Of a DNA stretch of 64,000 bases, positions 37,363-52,025 are shown one piece after another. Origin of the DNA: Octopus sinensis (taxonomy: Eukaryota); the NCBI RefSeq assembly GCF_006345805.1, contig NC_043014.1:11160001-11224000 (forward strand), read 5' to 3'. Under the pieces are notes generated by a model, which did not search any database, was not told where the DNA came from, and saw only the letters and a list, made by a program, of their open reading frames with translations. Position 1 is the first letter of the stretch, and every line of letters begins with the position of its first letter. Made by a program: the position numbers and the translations under genes.

Positions 37363-37781
37363 GGATCTTTTCGGTTTGAACGGCAGTTTTTTCTAGCGGT
37401 GTCATACGAAATTGTCACCCATAATTATGACCCTAGAATCGATCTATTGCATTTCAATCCCTTTTAGAGTTAGGGTTAGGGGTGGGAGGAAGGGTATCTT
37501 TTTTTCTTCACAAATGTAAATAAACCCAATCTGTTTCTTAAACGAGGGACATATTCATACGGCACAGAATGTTTTCACCTCAATAGACGTCAGTGATTGG
37601 TTGAAATTGCAGAAATTGAAGAAAAAAAAACAACAAATATCTTACAAACTATAGAATTTTCTCAATAAAGCCAAGAGAAAAAGATGATTTATAAACACAT
37701 TCTACCAGTATACGAAGTTTAAAATTTTTTTAGCTACCTAGAAATTATGTTAAAAACTGCCGTTGAAACCTAAAAGATCCC
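37363..37781. mobile_element. Second copy of the same MITE, with 8-bp TSD caagtttc
   Basis: High identity to 1131-1552. caagtttc occurs at 37355-37362 and 37782-37789. Confidence 0.85.
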
Positions 37782-38759
37782 CAAGTTTCTTTTGTTTTCT
37801 AAAAATCAAAATCCACCAGAAACATTGATTTAATTGGTTTGCTGAGTGCTGGAAGCGATTATAAAATTTGCAGTCTCGGGGAGGTAACTGCTAATGTCTT
37901 GAATTTATAGCGCGACAATGTTTTTCGATAAACATTGTTAGTACTTTCGGAGATGTATTGATTTCATACGAGACCATTGGTAAAGACTAAAACAACTACA
38001 GCGTAGAAGACACACATTAACCGTTTAAAAACACTGAAAGACTGTTAACTTCACTTAAACATTTATAATTTGATGACACTGCCTAATAAATGTTTAAGTA
38101 GAGTTAACAGTTTCTGAATGGCTTGGGTGTCTTCAACAACGTAATTGTTAAATATTTAGTACTTTTTTTTTTCACTGCTACACCAAGCTTTCTTCATAGA
38201 TCAAATAAACCCTGGGTTATTGCAACTGTCTGTATTCAATAAACAGTAAAAGAATAAGCTTTGCCTAATTTTCAAACAATTCATGTAACTGAATTAGTAA
38301 TGAAAGTAGGAGTTAACTCCCTTGTTGTTTGTGCTTATAACGCAGACTGTTTTCGGTTTATGATCAAAAGACAACTCTATCAGGTATGATCAACGTTTAT
38401 CGAAAAGCGGACCGCATGAGGCACGGGTCATCATCAGGCAGGCCGCATTACTAAAAAAAATTTCAAGGTAATTTCTTTTTCTTTGGTGTATAGGCGAAGG
38501 AGTGACTCTGTGATAAGTAGCTTGCTTACCAACCACATGGTCCCGGGTTCAGTCCCACTGCGTGGCACCTTGGACAAGTGTCTTCTACTATAGCTTCGGG
38601 CTGACCAAAGCCTTGTGAGTGGATTTGGTAGTCGATAAATTAAGTACCAGTTACGCACTGGAGTCGATGTAATCGACTTAATCCCTTTCTCTGTCCTTGT
38701 TTAGCCCCTTGTGGGTAGTAAAAAAATAGGCATTTCGGCCTTGTGCCCTTTTCGCTTTT

Positions 38760-39162
38760 CTCTTTTACTTGTTTCAGTCATCTGACTGTGGCCATGTTGG
38801 AGCACCCCCTTTAGTCGAGCAAATTGACCCCAGGACTTATTCTTTGGAAGCCTACAACTTATTCTATTGGTCTCTTTTGCCTAACCGCTAAGTTACGGGG
38901 ACGTAATCACACCAGCATCGGTTGTCAAGTAATGGGAGGGGGCACAAATACAGACACACAAACATATACACACACATACATATACATATACATATATACA
39001 TATATACGACGGACTTCTTTCAGTTTCCGTCTACCAAATCCACTCACAAGGCTTTGGTCGACCCGTGGCTAGAGTAGAAGACACTCGCCCAAGGTGCCAT
39101 GCAGTGGGAATGAACCCGGAACCATGTGGTTGGTAAGCAAGCTACTTACCATACAGCCACTC
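38760..39162 (-). mobile_element. SINE family A
   Basis: Reverse-complement match. A 5' half copy also lies at ~38490-38630. Confidence 0.8.
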
Positions 39163-40840
39163 CTAATCGTTATTAAGGTAGCAAGCTGGCAGAATAACTA
39201 CCACACCTGACAGCATTTCATCTGGCTTTACATTCTGAGTTCAAATTTGCTGAGGTCGACTTTGCCTTTCATCTCTTCAGAGTCAATAAAATTTGTATCA
39301 GTAGAGCACAGGGTGTGATATAATCAACTTCAATCCTCTCCTCAAAGCTGTTGGCTTTGCCCTAAAGTAAAAAAAAAAAAAAGGATCAAGAGGATTAACC
39401 CTTTAGCATTTAGTAGAGTTCACAGCTGTATCCTACACCATTTTCGCATAACCAGCCCCAGCCCATTCAAAAGTACCTTGGATCGTAAAACGACCTGCTG
39501 TGCTTACCTTGGATTGTAGGGCGACCTATTGAGTCAAGTACATCAACATCAAAATTAAAACCAAATGGAAATTGTAGTTGATACCCGTAAAAAGCACCAT
39601 CTGAACGTGGCTGATGCCAGCACTGCTTTGACTGGCATCCGTGCCGGTGGCACATAAAAAGCACCAACTGATCGTGGCTGTTGCCAGCTGCCTCTGACCC
39701 CTGTGCTGGTGGCACATAAAAAGCACCCACTACACTCAGAGTGGTTGGCGTTAGGAAGGGCATCCAGCTGTAGAAACACTACCAGATCAGACTGGAGCCT
39801 GGTGCAGCCTCCTAGCGCCCCAGACCCCGGTCGAACCATCCAACCCATGCTAACATAAACGATGTTGATGATGATGATATATATATATAGATGCAGGAGT
39901 GGATGTGCAGGAATATTAAATTTACTACTATCATGTTCTTAAGAATGAAATCAACCTCTCTGTCTGTATATTTACCCTCTTTATAATGTTGGCAAACAAA
40001 ATAGAGATAAGAATATGTTCGTTTGGAAAATTTCTATAAGTGGCTGAAGATTGCTCGATATTTTAAAACTGATGTAATACTTAGTGTTTAATAAAATGAA
40101 GTAGCATAAAACGATTGTACCACATTACCTTGGATATACTTGTTGCTTATTTTGATTATATATATATATAATTCACAAAAAATTAATTTGTGAAGGTGAC
40201 ATTAATTTTATTATTATCCAATGTAACTATTTTTAAAATGATAATAACAGAATCAATGACACAGGTGATAGCAGGCCAAAAATAGCATTAAATAGCTGAG
40301 GGATTAAAATTAATCAAAGGACATAGTAAGTATGTCTACCTGCTTGAAATAACAGTCAAAACTCTTATTAAATCGCCAAAAATACAAAAGCATTTTTGGT
40401 GATTTAATAAGAGTTTTGACTGTTATTTCAAGCAGGTAGACATACTTACTACGTCCTTTGATAAATTTGAATCCCTCGGCTATATATATATATATACATG
40501 TATGTATGTATGTGTATATATATATATATATATCACCGTGACCGATCAGGCTATCAGATGTTGCTACACATCGCTGGTCACAATGCGTTCGCATTGTTTT
40601 TAGCCTTCGAATGATGCCACCCCATTGGCTAAGCGAGCAGGCCAACAGAAGAAAGAATGAGAGAAAGTTGTGGTGAAAGAGTACAGCAGGGATCGCCACC
40701 ACTCCCTGCCGGAGCCTCATGGAGCTTTTAGGTGTTTTCTCTCAATAAGCACTCACAGTCTGGGAATCGAAACCGCGATATAAATATATATATGCATATA
40801 AGACCATAGTAATTCACTTGATGCGTTGCAATATCAAAGA

Positions 40841-41046
40841 ATGTAAAAAGAGAGAAAAGAGACAGCTTCTGACAATGCAGCAAGTTTAATAAAACCCTTT
40901 ATATTTTGGGTTCAAAGCCCATCTTCAGAAGAAAAGAACAAAGGCTGTTCTTTTCTTCTGAAGATGGGCTTTGAGCCCGAAATATAAAGGGTTTTATTAA
41001 ACTTGCTGCATTGTCAGAAGCTGTTGCATTTTATCTCTTTTTACAT
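40841..41046. repeat. Foldback palindrome containing a hammerhead-like motif
   Basis: 79-bp arms at 40862-40940 and 40946-41024. Right arm: ttctt CTGAAGA t GGGC tttga GCCC GAAA tata aaggg. Confidence 0.7.
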
Positions 41047-41082
41047 ATACATATATATATAAAAAGAGAGGGACAGAGAGAA

Positions 41083-41121
<39 letters not shown>

Positions 41122-41421
41122 TATGCATGGCTCAGTGCTTAGGGTGTTGTACTCACAATTGCGATATTGTGGGCACAACTCGCAGACCAGGCATTGTGTT
41201 GTGTTCTTTCAGCAAAGTACTTCATTTCTCATTGCTCTGCAATCATTTCATTATATGATATGCAGCACAGGTAATGCACCTGTACAGGTAATACCCATTT
41301 GATGAAAGGAGTGAGCTTATATGTAAACAAACATTTGATCACTATAAAATAATCAGTTGTGTGATTGTTCAGCAAGATATTGTTCAACCCTCATGTGTCA
41401 TCTAACAATGGGAGAATCTAT

Positions 41422-41467
<46 letters not shown>

Positions 41468-41754
41468 ACACACATACATCATCATCATCATTTAATGTCC
41501 ATTGTCTATGCTGGCATGGGTTTGGACGGTTTGACTGGGCTAGCACACTGGAAAGCTGTGCCAGGTTCCAGTCTGATTTGGTATAGTTTTCTATGGCTGG
41601 ATGCCCTTCCTAATGCCAACCACTCCAAGAGCGTAATGCATATTTTTACATGCCATTTGCATGACACTGGTATCTGCCACGACTGTGATTTTGCTTGGCT
41701 TGATGGGTCTTCTTCTCAAGCATGACATAATGCCGAAGGTCTTGGTCATTGCAT

Positions 41755-42076
41755 CCATGAAGCCCAACACTCAAAAGGAACTCGGCCAGTTTGCGCTCAT
41801 GGGGCCCAATGCTCAAAAGGAGCTTGGCCACTTTGCCTGTGTGAGGCCCAACGCTAGAAAGGAAATCAGCCACTTGCTTACATGAGGAACAACACTCTAA
41901 AGGAACTCAACCACTTGCCTCCATGAGGCCCAACACTCTAAAGGAACTCAACCACTTGCCTCCATGAGGCCGAACATGCAAAAGGAACTCAGCCATTTGC
42001 CTCCATGAGGAACAACACTCTAAAGGAACTCAGCCACTTGGCTCCATGAGGTCCAATGCTCGAAAAGAACTCGGCC
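41755..42076. repeat. 41-42-bp minisatellite, ~8 copies, within a retroposon tail
   Basis: Unit catgaggcccaacactctaaaggaactcagccacttgcctc. Confidence 0.85.
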
Positions 42077-43652
42077 ATATCTATATCTGTACATACATGA
42101 TGAATTCTCTTAACATGAACGACAGTAAAATAAAGTGTTTATCATGTTCTATAGACACAAATGTGTCTCTTGAGGCCTTGTAGTTCACTGCAAGCCTTTT
42201 GGCAAATGGAATAAGTTGAGGACTCAATTTGCCTGAGTGCTTGTGGATCATTTACCATGTGTTTTCTTGAGGGGACAGCAAGGCCTGCTTTGCTTCATGC
42301 CACAAAACCACAACAATGACATGTGTATGTATTTATATATATGTATATACCGCCAGACTGGCCCTCATGCGGGTGGTACATAAAAGCACCCACTACACTC
42401 TCAGAGTGGTTGGCATTAGGAAGGGCATCCAGCTGTAGAAACTCTGCCAGATCAGATTGGAGCCTGGTGCAGCCATCTGGTTCGCCAGTCCTCAGTTAAA
42501 TCGTTCAACCCATGCTAGCATGGAAAACAAACGTTAAATGATGATGATGATGATATATATATATATATACATATGTATGTATGTATATGTATGTGCATGA
42601 AGATGTATGTATGTTTATGTATATACAAATATGTAGAGATACATATATATATTTTTTATATGTATGCATATATGTATATATATACATGTGTATACAAAAA
42701 TATATATGGACCATAGAATTAAATAATAAACCATAGCAATATTTAGATAAGTTTTCATATTTTAATATCTTTTATTTTGAAATGTAATTGTACTCAATAA
42801 AAAAAAAAGGTGACTTGCTCTTCAGCTCATCTCGTACAATATTCCTTATAATTATGCCCGTACTGCATCACTTTACAGCTAGGCAATGCTTGAAACTAAA
42901 AGAGAATAATAATTAGAATAGTTTATTTTTACACTATGTAGCCAAACCACTTGGGTGAGGGGGAAGAAAAAAAAAACATCAATATTTAAGGAATTGAATA
43001 TAACCTTATTTTTTTTTTTTTTTTTGGTATTCTTTATGGGACGGTACTTTTTCAGAGACAAAGTAAAACAGAGACAATAACAAAATTGCTATCGAATAGC
43101 AATGGATCACATGGTTCCAGTAGATATGATGGTAATTTCTTTTTTTTTTTTTTTTACAATAAATTATTCCCCCTTTTTCTAGAGAAGAACAGGACCTGAA
43201 CTGGGCACAGTTAGGTGATATAATGTGGTAAGGTAGAATAGGCGAAAAAAATAAGGGTTCAAAAATAAAATAGGTTAACAGTTTTGGTTCGTGTGTGTGA
43301 ATAGGTTGGTGGGGTCCATTTAGATTAGCTAATCAAAATATAATAATCAAGAGTAAACCCTTATATATATATGTATGTATGTATATATATATGTAAATTA
43401 GAGAAAAACCACTATTATGCAATTCAAACAATGATGGACATAAACCAAACATTGTTTGAATTGTATAATAGTGGCTTAATTTATATATTTATATTGTGAA
43501 ATTTGATTTAATACTAAATTGAATTTTTCCCTGTAAGTTTGGAGTTATACTCCCTAATATTATTATTATACATATATATATATATATAATGCACTTCTAC
43601 ATTATAATATATACAAACATAGATCTATACAAATACACAAACGTAATATATA

Positions 43653-43859
43653 CAGGGTGTCCCAGAAGTCGTGTACCATCCTGGTTTTTTTAAAAGAATA
43701 CACCCTTATTGATTTCAAAAACATTTTATTGAAATTAATTGTAACAAATGCTCAAATTGAGCACCCTCTACAATGGAACATGCCGAGAAAATATAAAATA
43801 AAATGCTTTAATTATTTTTAATGAAAAGCAGAATGGTGCGTGACTTCTGGGACACCCTG
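43653..43859. mobile_element. Tc1/mariner-type MITE
   Basis: TA-flanked TIRs cagggtgtcccagaagtc / gacttctgggacaccctg. Confidence 0.85.
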
Positions 43860-43976
43860 TATATATATATATGTGTGTATATACATGTATATATATATGT
43901 ATACACACACACACACATACATAATGTTAACCTATAAAGGTATACATTTCCATACATGCACATGCAGAAGATTGTG

Positions 43977-44011
<35 letters not shown>

Positions 44012-44678
44012 AACAATTACTTCATTCAATTATCAGAGACATGACTCAATGGTTGATCAATCAATGCCATTTGACTTCAGAGAGAGAGAGAGAGAGAAAG
44101 AGAAAGAAAGAGAATGAGAGAGAGAGAGAGAGAAACACATAGGATTGTAGAGAGTACAGACACATTCCTCCAGTAGCTTCTAACTATACTCCAAATTTCA
44201 GCCCAATTCCCCCACCCCACCACATACACACACAAACAACTTCTTAATCTAAGAAATCATTCATTGTTACTGCAGGATTTATCTCAGGCATTTATTGGTT
44301 ACTTCCCCTTACAAATGCGACCAGCAAAAACTAAATTTCTTTACTATCTCGATATGAAATCTTCCCAGCAGATATAATTTGATACATCTCAAACTTCAAT
44401 GTACTTAATATAAGGAATCTTATTGATCTGTATAGTTCAGTCTACAGGTTTATCAAGTATTAAATATTATTTATATATATATGTTTATCATGAAGTTAAG
44501 CAACAAATATTCTGAGAGATGTGTGTGTAAATTTGAATATATATAAATTTGAATATATATATATATGTTTATGTATGCATGTTGCATATATGCGTGTGTG
44601 TGTGATATGCATATGAATATATCACATTTTCTAGGGATTCCTATATCTGTAAAAATGTTTATTTTATGAGTGTTGTTG

Positions 44679-44778
44679 TTTATATCTTTCCTGAAAAGAT
44701 TGATGCATAGCTGACCATAATTCTTCCAGTCGTAAATATTTTGAATGCATCCATCGAAACATATGTAGAAGATATAAA
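44679..44778 (+). ncRNA. Degenerate type I hammerhead remnant
   Basis: TTTATATCTTTC CTGAAAA GATtGATGCAT...ATGCATCcATC GAAAC atat GTA | GAAGATATAAA. Stems I, II and III are all present, but the core is C3/A8 mismatched. Confidence 0.55.
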
Positions 44779-45121
44779 TGTTCTATTAACATCCCGAACG
44801 TTTGTCCCCTTTTTCAATTTTTCCTATATATATATAGATGATGGGCTCGTCCCTTGAAGACAATGTATTAGTGTTCAGTTCTTGTCAAACAACGTGCACA
44901 AACGATTTGTTTGTAGGGATCAAAAGTTCATGCCATACATTAGCTCACTTGCTGTATCAAATTGACGTTGTCTGAACAGGTGCAAGGTGTACCTCCCGTC
45001 AGGTGTCGAAGTGATCAAAGAGCAACATGAGATGAAGAATGCTTAAGAATGCAATGCACCACCTGGCCTAGGAACTGAAATCACAATCTAGCGATTGTGA
45101 CTGCAATACCCTAATCACTAG

Positions 45122-45194
<73 letters not shown>

Positions 45195-45523
45195 ATGTAT
45201 GTATAATTATATATATATATATATATATATGGAAAAAAATGCAATAAAGTACAATAAAACATTCGGACAGATAGATGATACAAGGTAGACAAGAGAAACA
45301 ACAATTAGGATAGGAAAAAACAGACGGGTCATTCATGGCCTTTCTTCCTCATATACATATATCTGTCTGTCTGTCTATCTATATATATATATACTGGAGT
45401 AAGCACATAAATGTGAAACAAGATGGAAAAGAGTACTCAAATACCAGAGGTAGAGTAATATGCTTTATATAAAGTATATATATATATACACACACACACA
45501 TATATATAATGTGTGTGTGTAGA

Positions 45524-45555
<32 letters not shown>

Positions 45556-45835
45556 GTATCACTTAGTTAACGGACAAAATTATACTCTTCTAACTTTTGC
45601 TTCAGTCATTGGACTGTGGCCATGCTGGAGTATGTACCACCTTGAAGGGTATATTCAAACAAATCAACCTAAGTTCATATCTTTTTTAAAATCTGGTACT
45701 TATTCTATTGGTCACTTTTGCGAAACCAGTAAGCTATGAGACATAAACAAACCAACACCAGATGTCAAGTAGTAAAGGAACAAACAAAAAAAATTACACA
45801 CATACATTATATATATATGCACATATATATATGTA

Positions 45836-45881
<46 letters not shown>

Positions 45882-45909
45882 ATATTATATATATATATTA
45901 TATATATAT

Positions 45910-45948
<39 letters not shown>

Positions 45949-46469
45949 TATAATGGGCTTCACAGAGTTCCTGTCAGCCAAATTCACTCACAAGACATTG
46001 ATCAGCTCAGCTACAGTAGAAGACATTTGATGAAGGTACACTGAAGTAGGATTGAACCCGAAACCTATGGTAGCAAAGTAGGCTTCTTAACCACACAGCT
46101 ATGACTGCACACTTTGTTTTGTTGTTGTTTTTTTTTTAACAACAATTAAATGCTTTAAATATTTTTTAATTAAGTGAAGTTTATTTTTGCGGTATTATTG
46201 ATAATGTCATTTAATTGCTCTCAGGCAATTTAAAATTTCTTCTGCTTTTTTAAAATTTGCACTTAAAATCGTAAAATGTATTCATATATATTTTGAATCA
46301 TAAGTGATTCAAATAATTAATATTCAAACATCATTATGCTCGGCAGCTTTTAAACTAAGTAACACCAGCATAACACCACTGTATATCTACCAATATGTGT
46401 GTGTATATATATATATATACACACACACATATATGTATATATATATATACATGTACACATATAGATATG

Positions 46470-46522
<53 letters not shown>

Positions 46523-46607
46523 ATGCATATATTTACATATATATATATACATTTACATACATATAAACACATATATATATATATATGCATATACATATGT
46601 GTGTGTG

Positions 46608-46647
<40 letters not shown>

Positions 46648-47186
46648 ATGTGCAGACAATTCACCAACAATTCCCACATGGCCACAGCCTCAACACTGGA
46701 GATCTACATCACGTGCCTGGAGGGGGGGGGTGCTACCCTGGGTCAAGAGGGTGGCTGCTGGAACACCCTATGTCTGGCCTTCCTAACACCAACATATATA
46801 TATCATATATATAAGAGAGGGAGATTACAAACAAGAAAGGAATATTTCAAACACAGTAAAGCCATGAAAACAGCAGAAATATTAATTCCTGGTTTAAAAT
46901 ATTACTTTCTTGACTGTAAAATACAAAACACATTCAACACTTCTAAAGTTTGTTTACAAAACATTGTTGTTGCATATATATAATGCATATCTATCTATCG
47001 CTCTCTCTCTATATATATATGTATATATACAAACTGAGATAGGGGTTGTAAATGCAACCCTCCATGGGATAACATATATCCAATATACTGCTAGTCTCTT
47101 ATGTGGTGGTTTAATAAAGTATGTGATAGAGTATTATCTGATAATTGATATTTGATTTAGATGTATTTCTCCATTTTCTTATCTTG

Positions 47187-47224
<38 letters not shown>

Positions 47225-48555
47225 TATACTTCGAAGTTTAGGCCAGCAGTCCAATGATAGCTTAGCTGGCTGAAACTTCGAAGTCACAGTCAACAACATT
47301 TTTGTATAAGAGTAATAAATTTGTACTCTATGAAAGTACAGAGTAACCCCATCAGATTAATGTAAAATTATTTTTATTATAACTGAACATACGATCAAAC
47401 ACTAATATATATAAATGTAGACAGAGAGCGAGAGAGAGAATTTAGAATGAAAGAGAGATAACTTATTTGCCTTATTGACTTTGTTTTCTTGGTGGGTTTT
47501 TTTGTTTTGTTTTTCTTTTGTTCTATCTCAATCTTTGGTTGTTTATCTTTCATTCTTAATTAAGAGAAAGTGATAAAATGGTCATCGACAATTAAATATT
47601 TTCTAACGATAATATTTTTATGTGTAGGTCTCCAAGAGCTGCAAGCTCTAAAGATCACTAAAATAATGCATGTATGCATATATATATATATGTATTCTTT
47701 TACATGTTTCTGCCCTAAGGTTGTGTCCATGCTGGGGCACTTACATATTGGAGTAGTGGTTGGCGTTAGGAAGGGCATCCAGTTGTAGAAACACTGCCAG
47801 ATCAGATTGGAGCCTGGTTCAGCCCACTGGCTTTGCAGACCTCAGTCAAATTGTCCAACCCATACCAGCATGGAAAACAGACGTTAAATGATGACGATGA
47901 TGATAATGATGATGATGTGTGTGTGTGAAGGCTTGTGGCCTAGTGGTAAGGCTGTGGCACTGACAATCGCTAGATTATGGGTTTGATTCCGAGTGGGCAG
48001 TACATTGTGTTCTTGAGCAAAACACTTAATTTCATGTTGTTCCAGTCCCCGTTTTGATTAGGGGGGAATACCTGTCTAGACAGCGGAGTGGTATCATTCA
48101 AAGGCTAAATCAACGCAAAGCCCATTGTGACCAGCAATGTGTAACATGATAGTCTGGTTGTCACATGATATGCATGTGTATATATGTGTATATAAATATA
48201 TATATATACATAAATATATAAACTCACACATACATAGACACACACACATATATATATATATCATCATCATCACACACACACACATATATATATATATACA
48301 TACACACAGACATGTATGCATATATATATATATACTGAACCCAAAACCATGTGGTTGGGAAGCCAACTTCTTATCACCCACCCACACCCCACGCATGTTT
48401 GAATGGTTAAGCAGTTTGGTTTGTGAGCCCAGAGCTCAACACACTTCTGACTCATTGGTTCCTCTCAAATGATCCAACCCATGCCAACATGGCAAAAAGA
48501 GATATTAAATTATGATGATGATATATAATATATGCTTATATTTATATCTCTTTCT

Positions 48556-48596
<41 letters not shown>

Positions 48597-48597
48597 G

Positions 48598-48900
48598 GAG
48601 GTGCAATGGCCCAGTGGTTAGGGCAGTGGACTCATGGTCATAGGATCGTGGTTTCAATTCCCAGACCGGGCGTTGTGAGTGTTTATTGAGAGAAAACACC
48701 TATAGCTCCACGAGGCTCCAGCAGAGGATGGTGGTGATCCCTGCTGTACTCTTTCGCTACAGCTTTCTCTCACTCTTTCTTCTGTTGGCTTGCTCACTTA
48801 GCCAGCAGGGTGGCGTCATTTGAAGGCTAAAACAATACGAAGCGCATTGTGACCAGCGATGTGTAGCAGTGTCTGATAGCCTGGTCGGTCACGTAATCAC
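48598..48900 (+). mobile_element. tRNA-derived SINE family C
   Basis: A box tggcccagtgg and B-box-like gtttcaattc. Other copies at 4190-4465(-), 17620-17860(-), 17990-18220(-), 34400-34690(-), 36792-36870(+) and 40535-40775(-). Confidence 0.75.
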
Positions 48901-49481
48901 GATATATTTATATATGTATATATATTATATATATATACATATATATATGATGGACTCACCCATTGAAGACAACATACGGGTGTTCAGCTTTTTTGCTGAA
49001 TGGCCTGCACAAATGATTTGTTTATACAAGATCAAATGTATGTGTTGTAGATGATCTCACTCGATCCATCAAATCAACGTTGCTTAAACAGGTATACAGT
49101 CGGTGTACCACACATCAGGTGTTGAAGTGTTTGCAGAGCAATGTGAGATGAAGTGTTTTGGTCAAGAACACAACGCATCACCCAGGCTAGGAATTGAAAC
49201 CTTGATCTTGCAATCATGACTGCAATTCCCAAACGTCCTCATGAAGCAAAACTGCATATTCCAGTCCTCCTAAGTATATTTGTAGATATTATATCTTATA
49301 TGAGAGTTGAAAATACTGGAAAATATTTTTTTGCAGAGTAATTACATAACACAGGAAAATATTTGTAGGGATTAAGCGATACCCAAATTTTTTTCCAGTC
49401 TTAACACACACACATACAAACCTACACATACAGGCATATATATATATTGTTGTATTTCGGAATGGTCATAAAAAATCTTGC

Positions 49482-49528
<47 letters not shown>

Positions 49529-49618
49529 ATATTTAATCTTTCTATAATATGTAATTTTTCTAAATGGTATAATTTAATTTTTCATTATTGAATTGATAAA
49601 GGTGTTTTTTTTCTAATT

Positions 49619-49654
<36 letters not shown>

Positions 49655-50829
49655 ATATATATGATCAATTTTCTCATCATAGATGACAAATGAAGGCTCA
49701 GTAAAATAAAGCAATAATCATGTTCTAAAGACAAACGCATCTTTGGAGGCCTAGTGGTGTCTTGCAAACTTTTTGGCATATATAGATCTAAATATAGATA
49801 TATATTTTGGCATAAATAGATCCACCATCAACTCAGTTGTGTGCCTGTGATTTGCTTATTTTTTGTGTGTGTTTTACTACATAAAGTTCGCCAACTGCCT
49901 ACCCTGAGTAATTACTGACGGCATGTGCCTGATATATATATAGATAGATTTTGCTTGAATCTCCAACAAGTTAGCATGGGATCTACCAACAACAGTGTAA
50001 ACTTCATATAATTAAAGTATCCCTGGCTTGAAGAGTACCTTGTGGTCTACCCCTCCTTTCAATAATCTACTACTTCCGAGATCCCACTAGCTACGAAACA
50101 TATGTAGTCTAGAATTTATCAACTCCTTTCCCTAATTTTTTAATATATATATAATATATATATAATAACAACGATTTCATTTGGTCAAGCATACAGTCAC
50201 AGAGAAAATATAGTATTCATGCCTTTTCCAAAAGGTACATAATAAGTGAAATGATTCTAACAAGTTGAAGCTCAAAGAATTTGGCCAAAGTTAGGTTTTA
50301 CTGGGAATGGTAAACATCACCTGACATACATACGTTCATGAGACAAAATTTGGTCAGATATTCATTTGTTATTTTATATGGATGATTGCTCAAACATTTT
50401 AGGAAAATAATATACATACACCTGAAGAAATATATTTAACACACACACATACATACATGTGACTGAGTGTATAGGTATATATATATATATGTATATATAC
50501 ATATATATGTTCGTGAGCATGTGCGTGAATATACTTACACATTCATATGTGAGGGTGCATGTGTATGTATATCTATATGTGTGTGTGTGTGTGTACATAT
50601 AACTGCATATGTGTGCACATATACACACATATATATAAGTATATGTGTGTGTGTGTATACACATAAGTTGATTACATAATTTTGTTACCTTATAAACTTT
50701 TACATTTCATATATGCATATATATATATTTATATGCAAATATACATACACACATATATACATATATAAGTGTATGTGTGCATGTATATGTGTGTGTGTAT
50801 ATGTGTGGGGGTGTCTGTGTATCATAAAG

Positions 50830-52025
50830 CAAGTTGTTTGAACCTCCAAATAAATTAACCTGAAATTTTGGTTTTAAAACATTTTTTTTTTTTGTAAGTT
50901 TTAATGTAAAGTAACAAATGGAATTATTTATTTATAAGCATGTTTTACATAATTGAAGGAGTCAGCTTCAGGCAAGTTCTTCTTTTTTACCTCTTCTTCT
51001 TCTTCATCTTCTTCCCATGTCATCAACCTGAATAATTTAGAAGTAAGAGTTATCTTACCCTAGAATTTTGACTTTTTTTAACCTTATCTCTTCATACAAA
51101 TAGTTCCCATTGACAAAAGCTTAGGCTAAATCATAGAATATATATACACATTCACAAACATCATACTTTTCTCAGTATGACGACTGAAAAGAAATACTGA
51201 TAAACTGTCACAGAATCTCAGAAATGATATCAAGGATTATAATCATGGACAATTGAGATCTGTTCACTACCAGCAGGACCTGCCCCGTAATGTAAAATGT
51301 AAAATGTATATACAAGTGTATGCACGTAAAAGACCCCAGATTTAGATAAATGGGTTTTATATACTTGTGGTTAACATTTTACCTTTTCGCCATTAAAAAG
51401 GATGAAAATAATAAATATGAAGGTATTTTTTATGGCCCCTTCAAAAACGTTATGCACAGGGATTAAACTAAAATAAGCAGATATTAACACAGTTATTGAG
51501 TATTGAAAATGTTAAGGGTGAAAGAAATCAATGTCTTTCTCTCTAAGGGTTTAAAAAAAAAATGTTCAACTTACTTTAAAGACACCTGCTCTATATTGTT
51601 TAATTAAAGAGAACATTATCAGTGGAGGAGAGTAATAATTGCTTATAAAAATAGTTTTTTACAAAATAATCCAGGAGAGATAGGAGGGTGGAGGAACGGG
51701 GTGGGTAGGTGGAAAAATCTGAATGAATATATCGGGTAAAGAAAAAAAAAAAAATGGAATTTGTATTGCAGCAGCTTTTTTTTTTTTAACGTTTGTTTGA
51801 AAGAAAAGTTCCGAGTTAAATATAATTAAGACTTTAAAAAAAAAAAAAAAAAGAAAAAAGTTACTGACAAATTTTGAATTTCCAAGAAAGATTTGTAATA
51901 TTTTCGTGTGCTAATTAGGCTTTTATATTTAAAATCTTCTAGTATGTGTGTATTTTGTATTATTATTATTATTATTATTTTTTTTTTTTATTTTTATTTT
52001 TTTTTTTTTTGGAGTGTAATGTCTT
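50830..52025 (-). other. Putative 3' UTR of the giant zinc-finger gene
   Basis: Largely TE-free AT-rich sequence directly after the stop, with AATAAA motifs about 30 nt downstream (plus-strand tttatt at ~51987-51998). The extent is a guess. Confidence 0.4.

Noticed and set aside
38000-38150. Imperfect hairpin with a TGATGA motif
   Set aside because: No GAAA or stem III; it looks like an old foldback repeat rather than a ribozyme.
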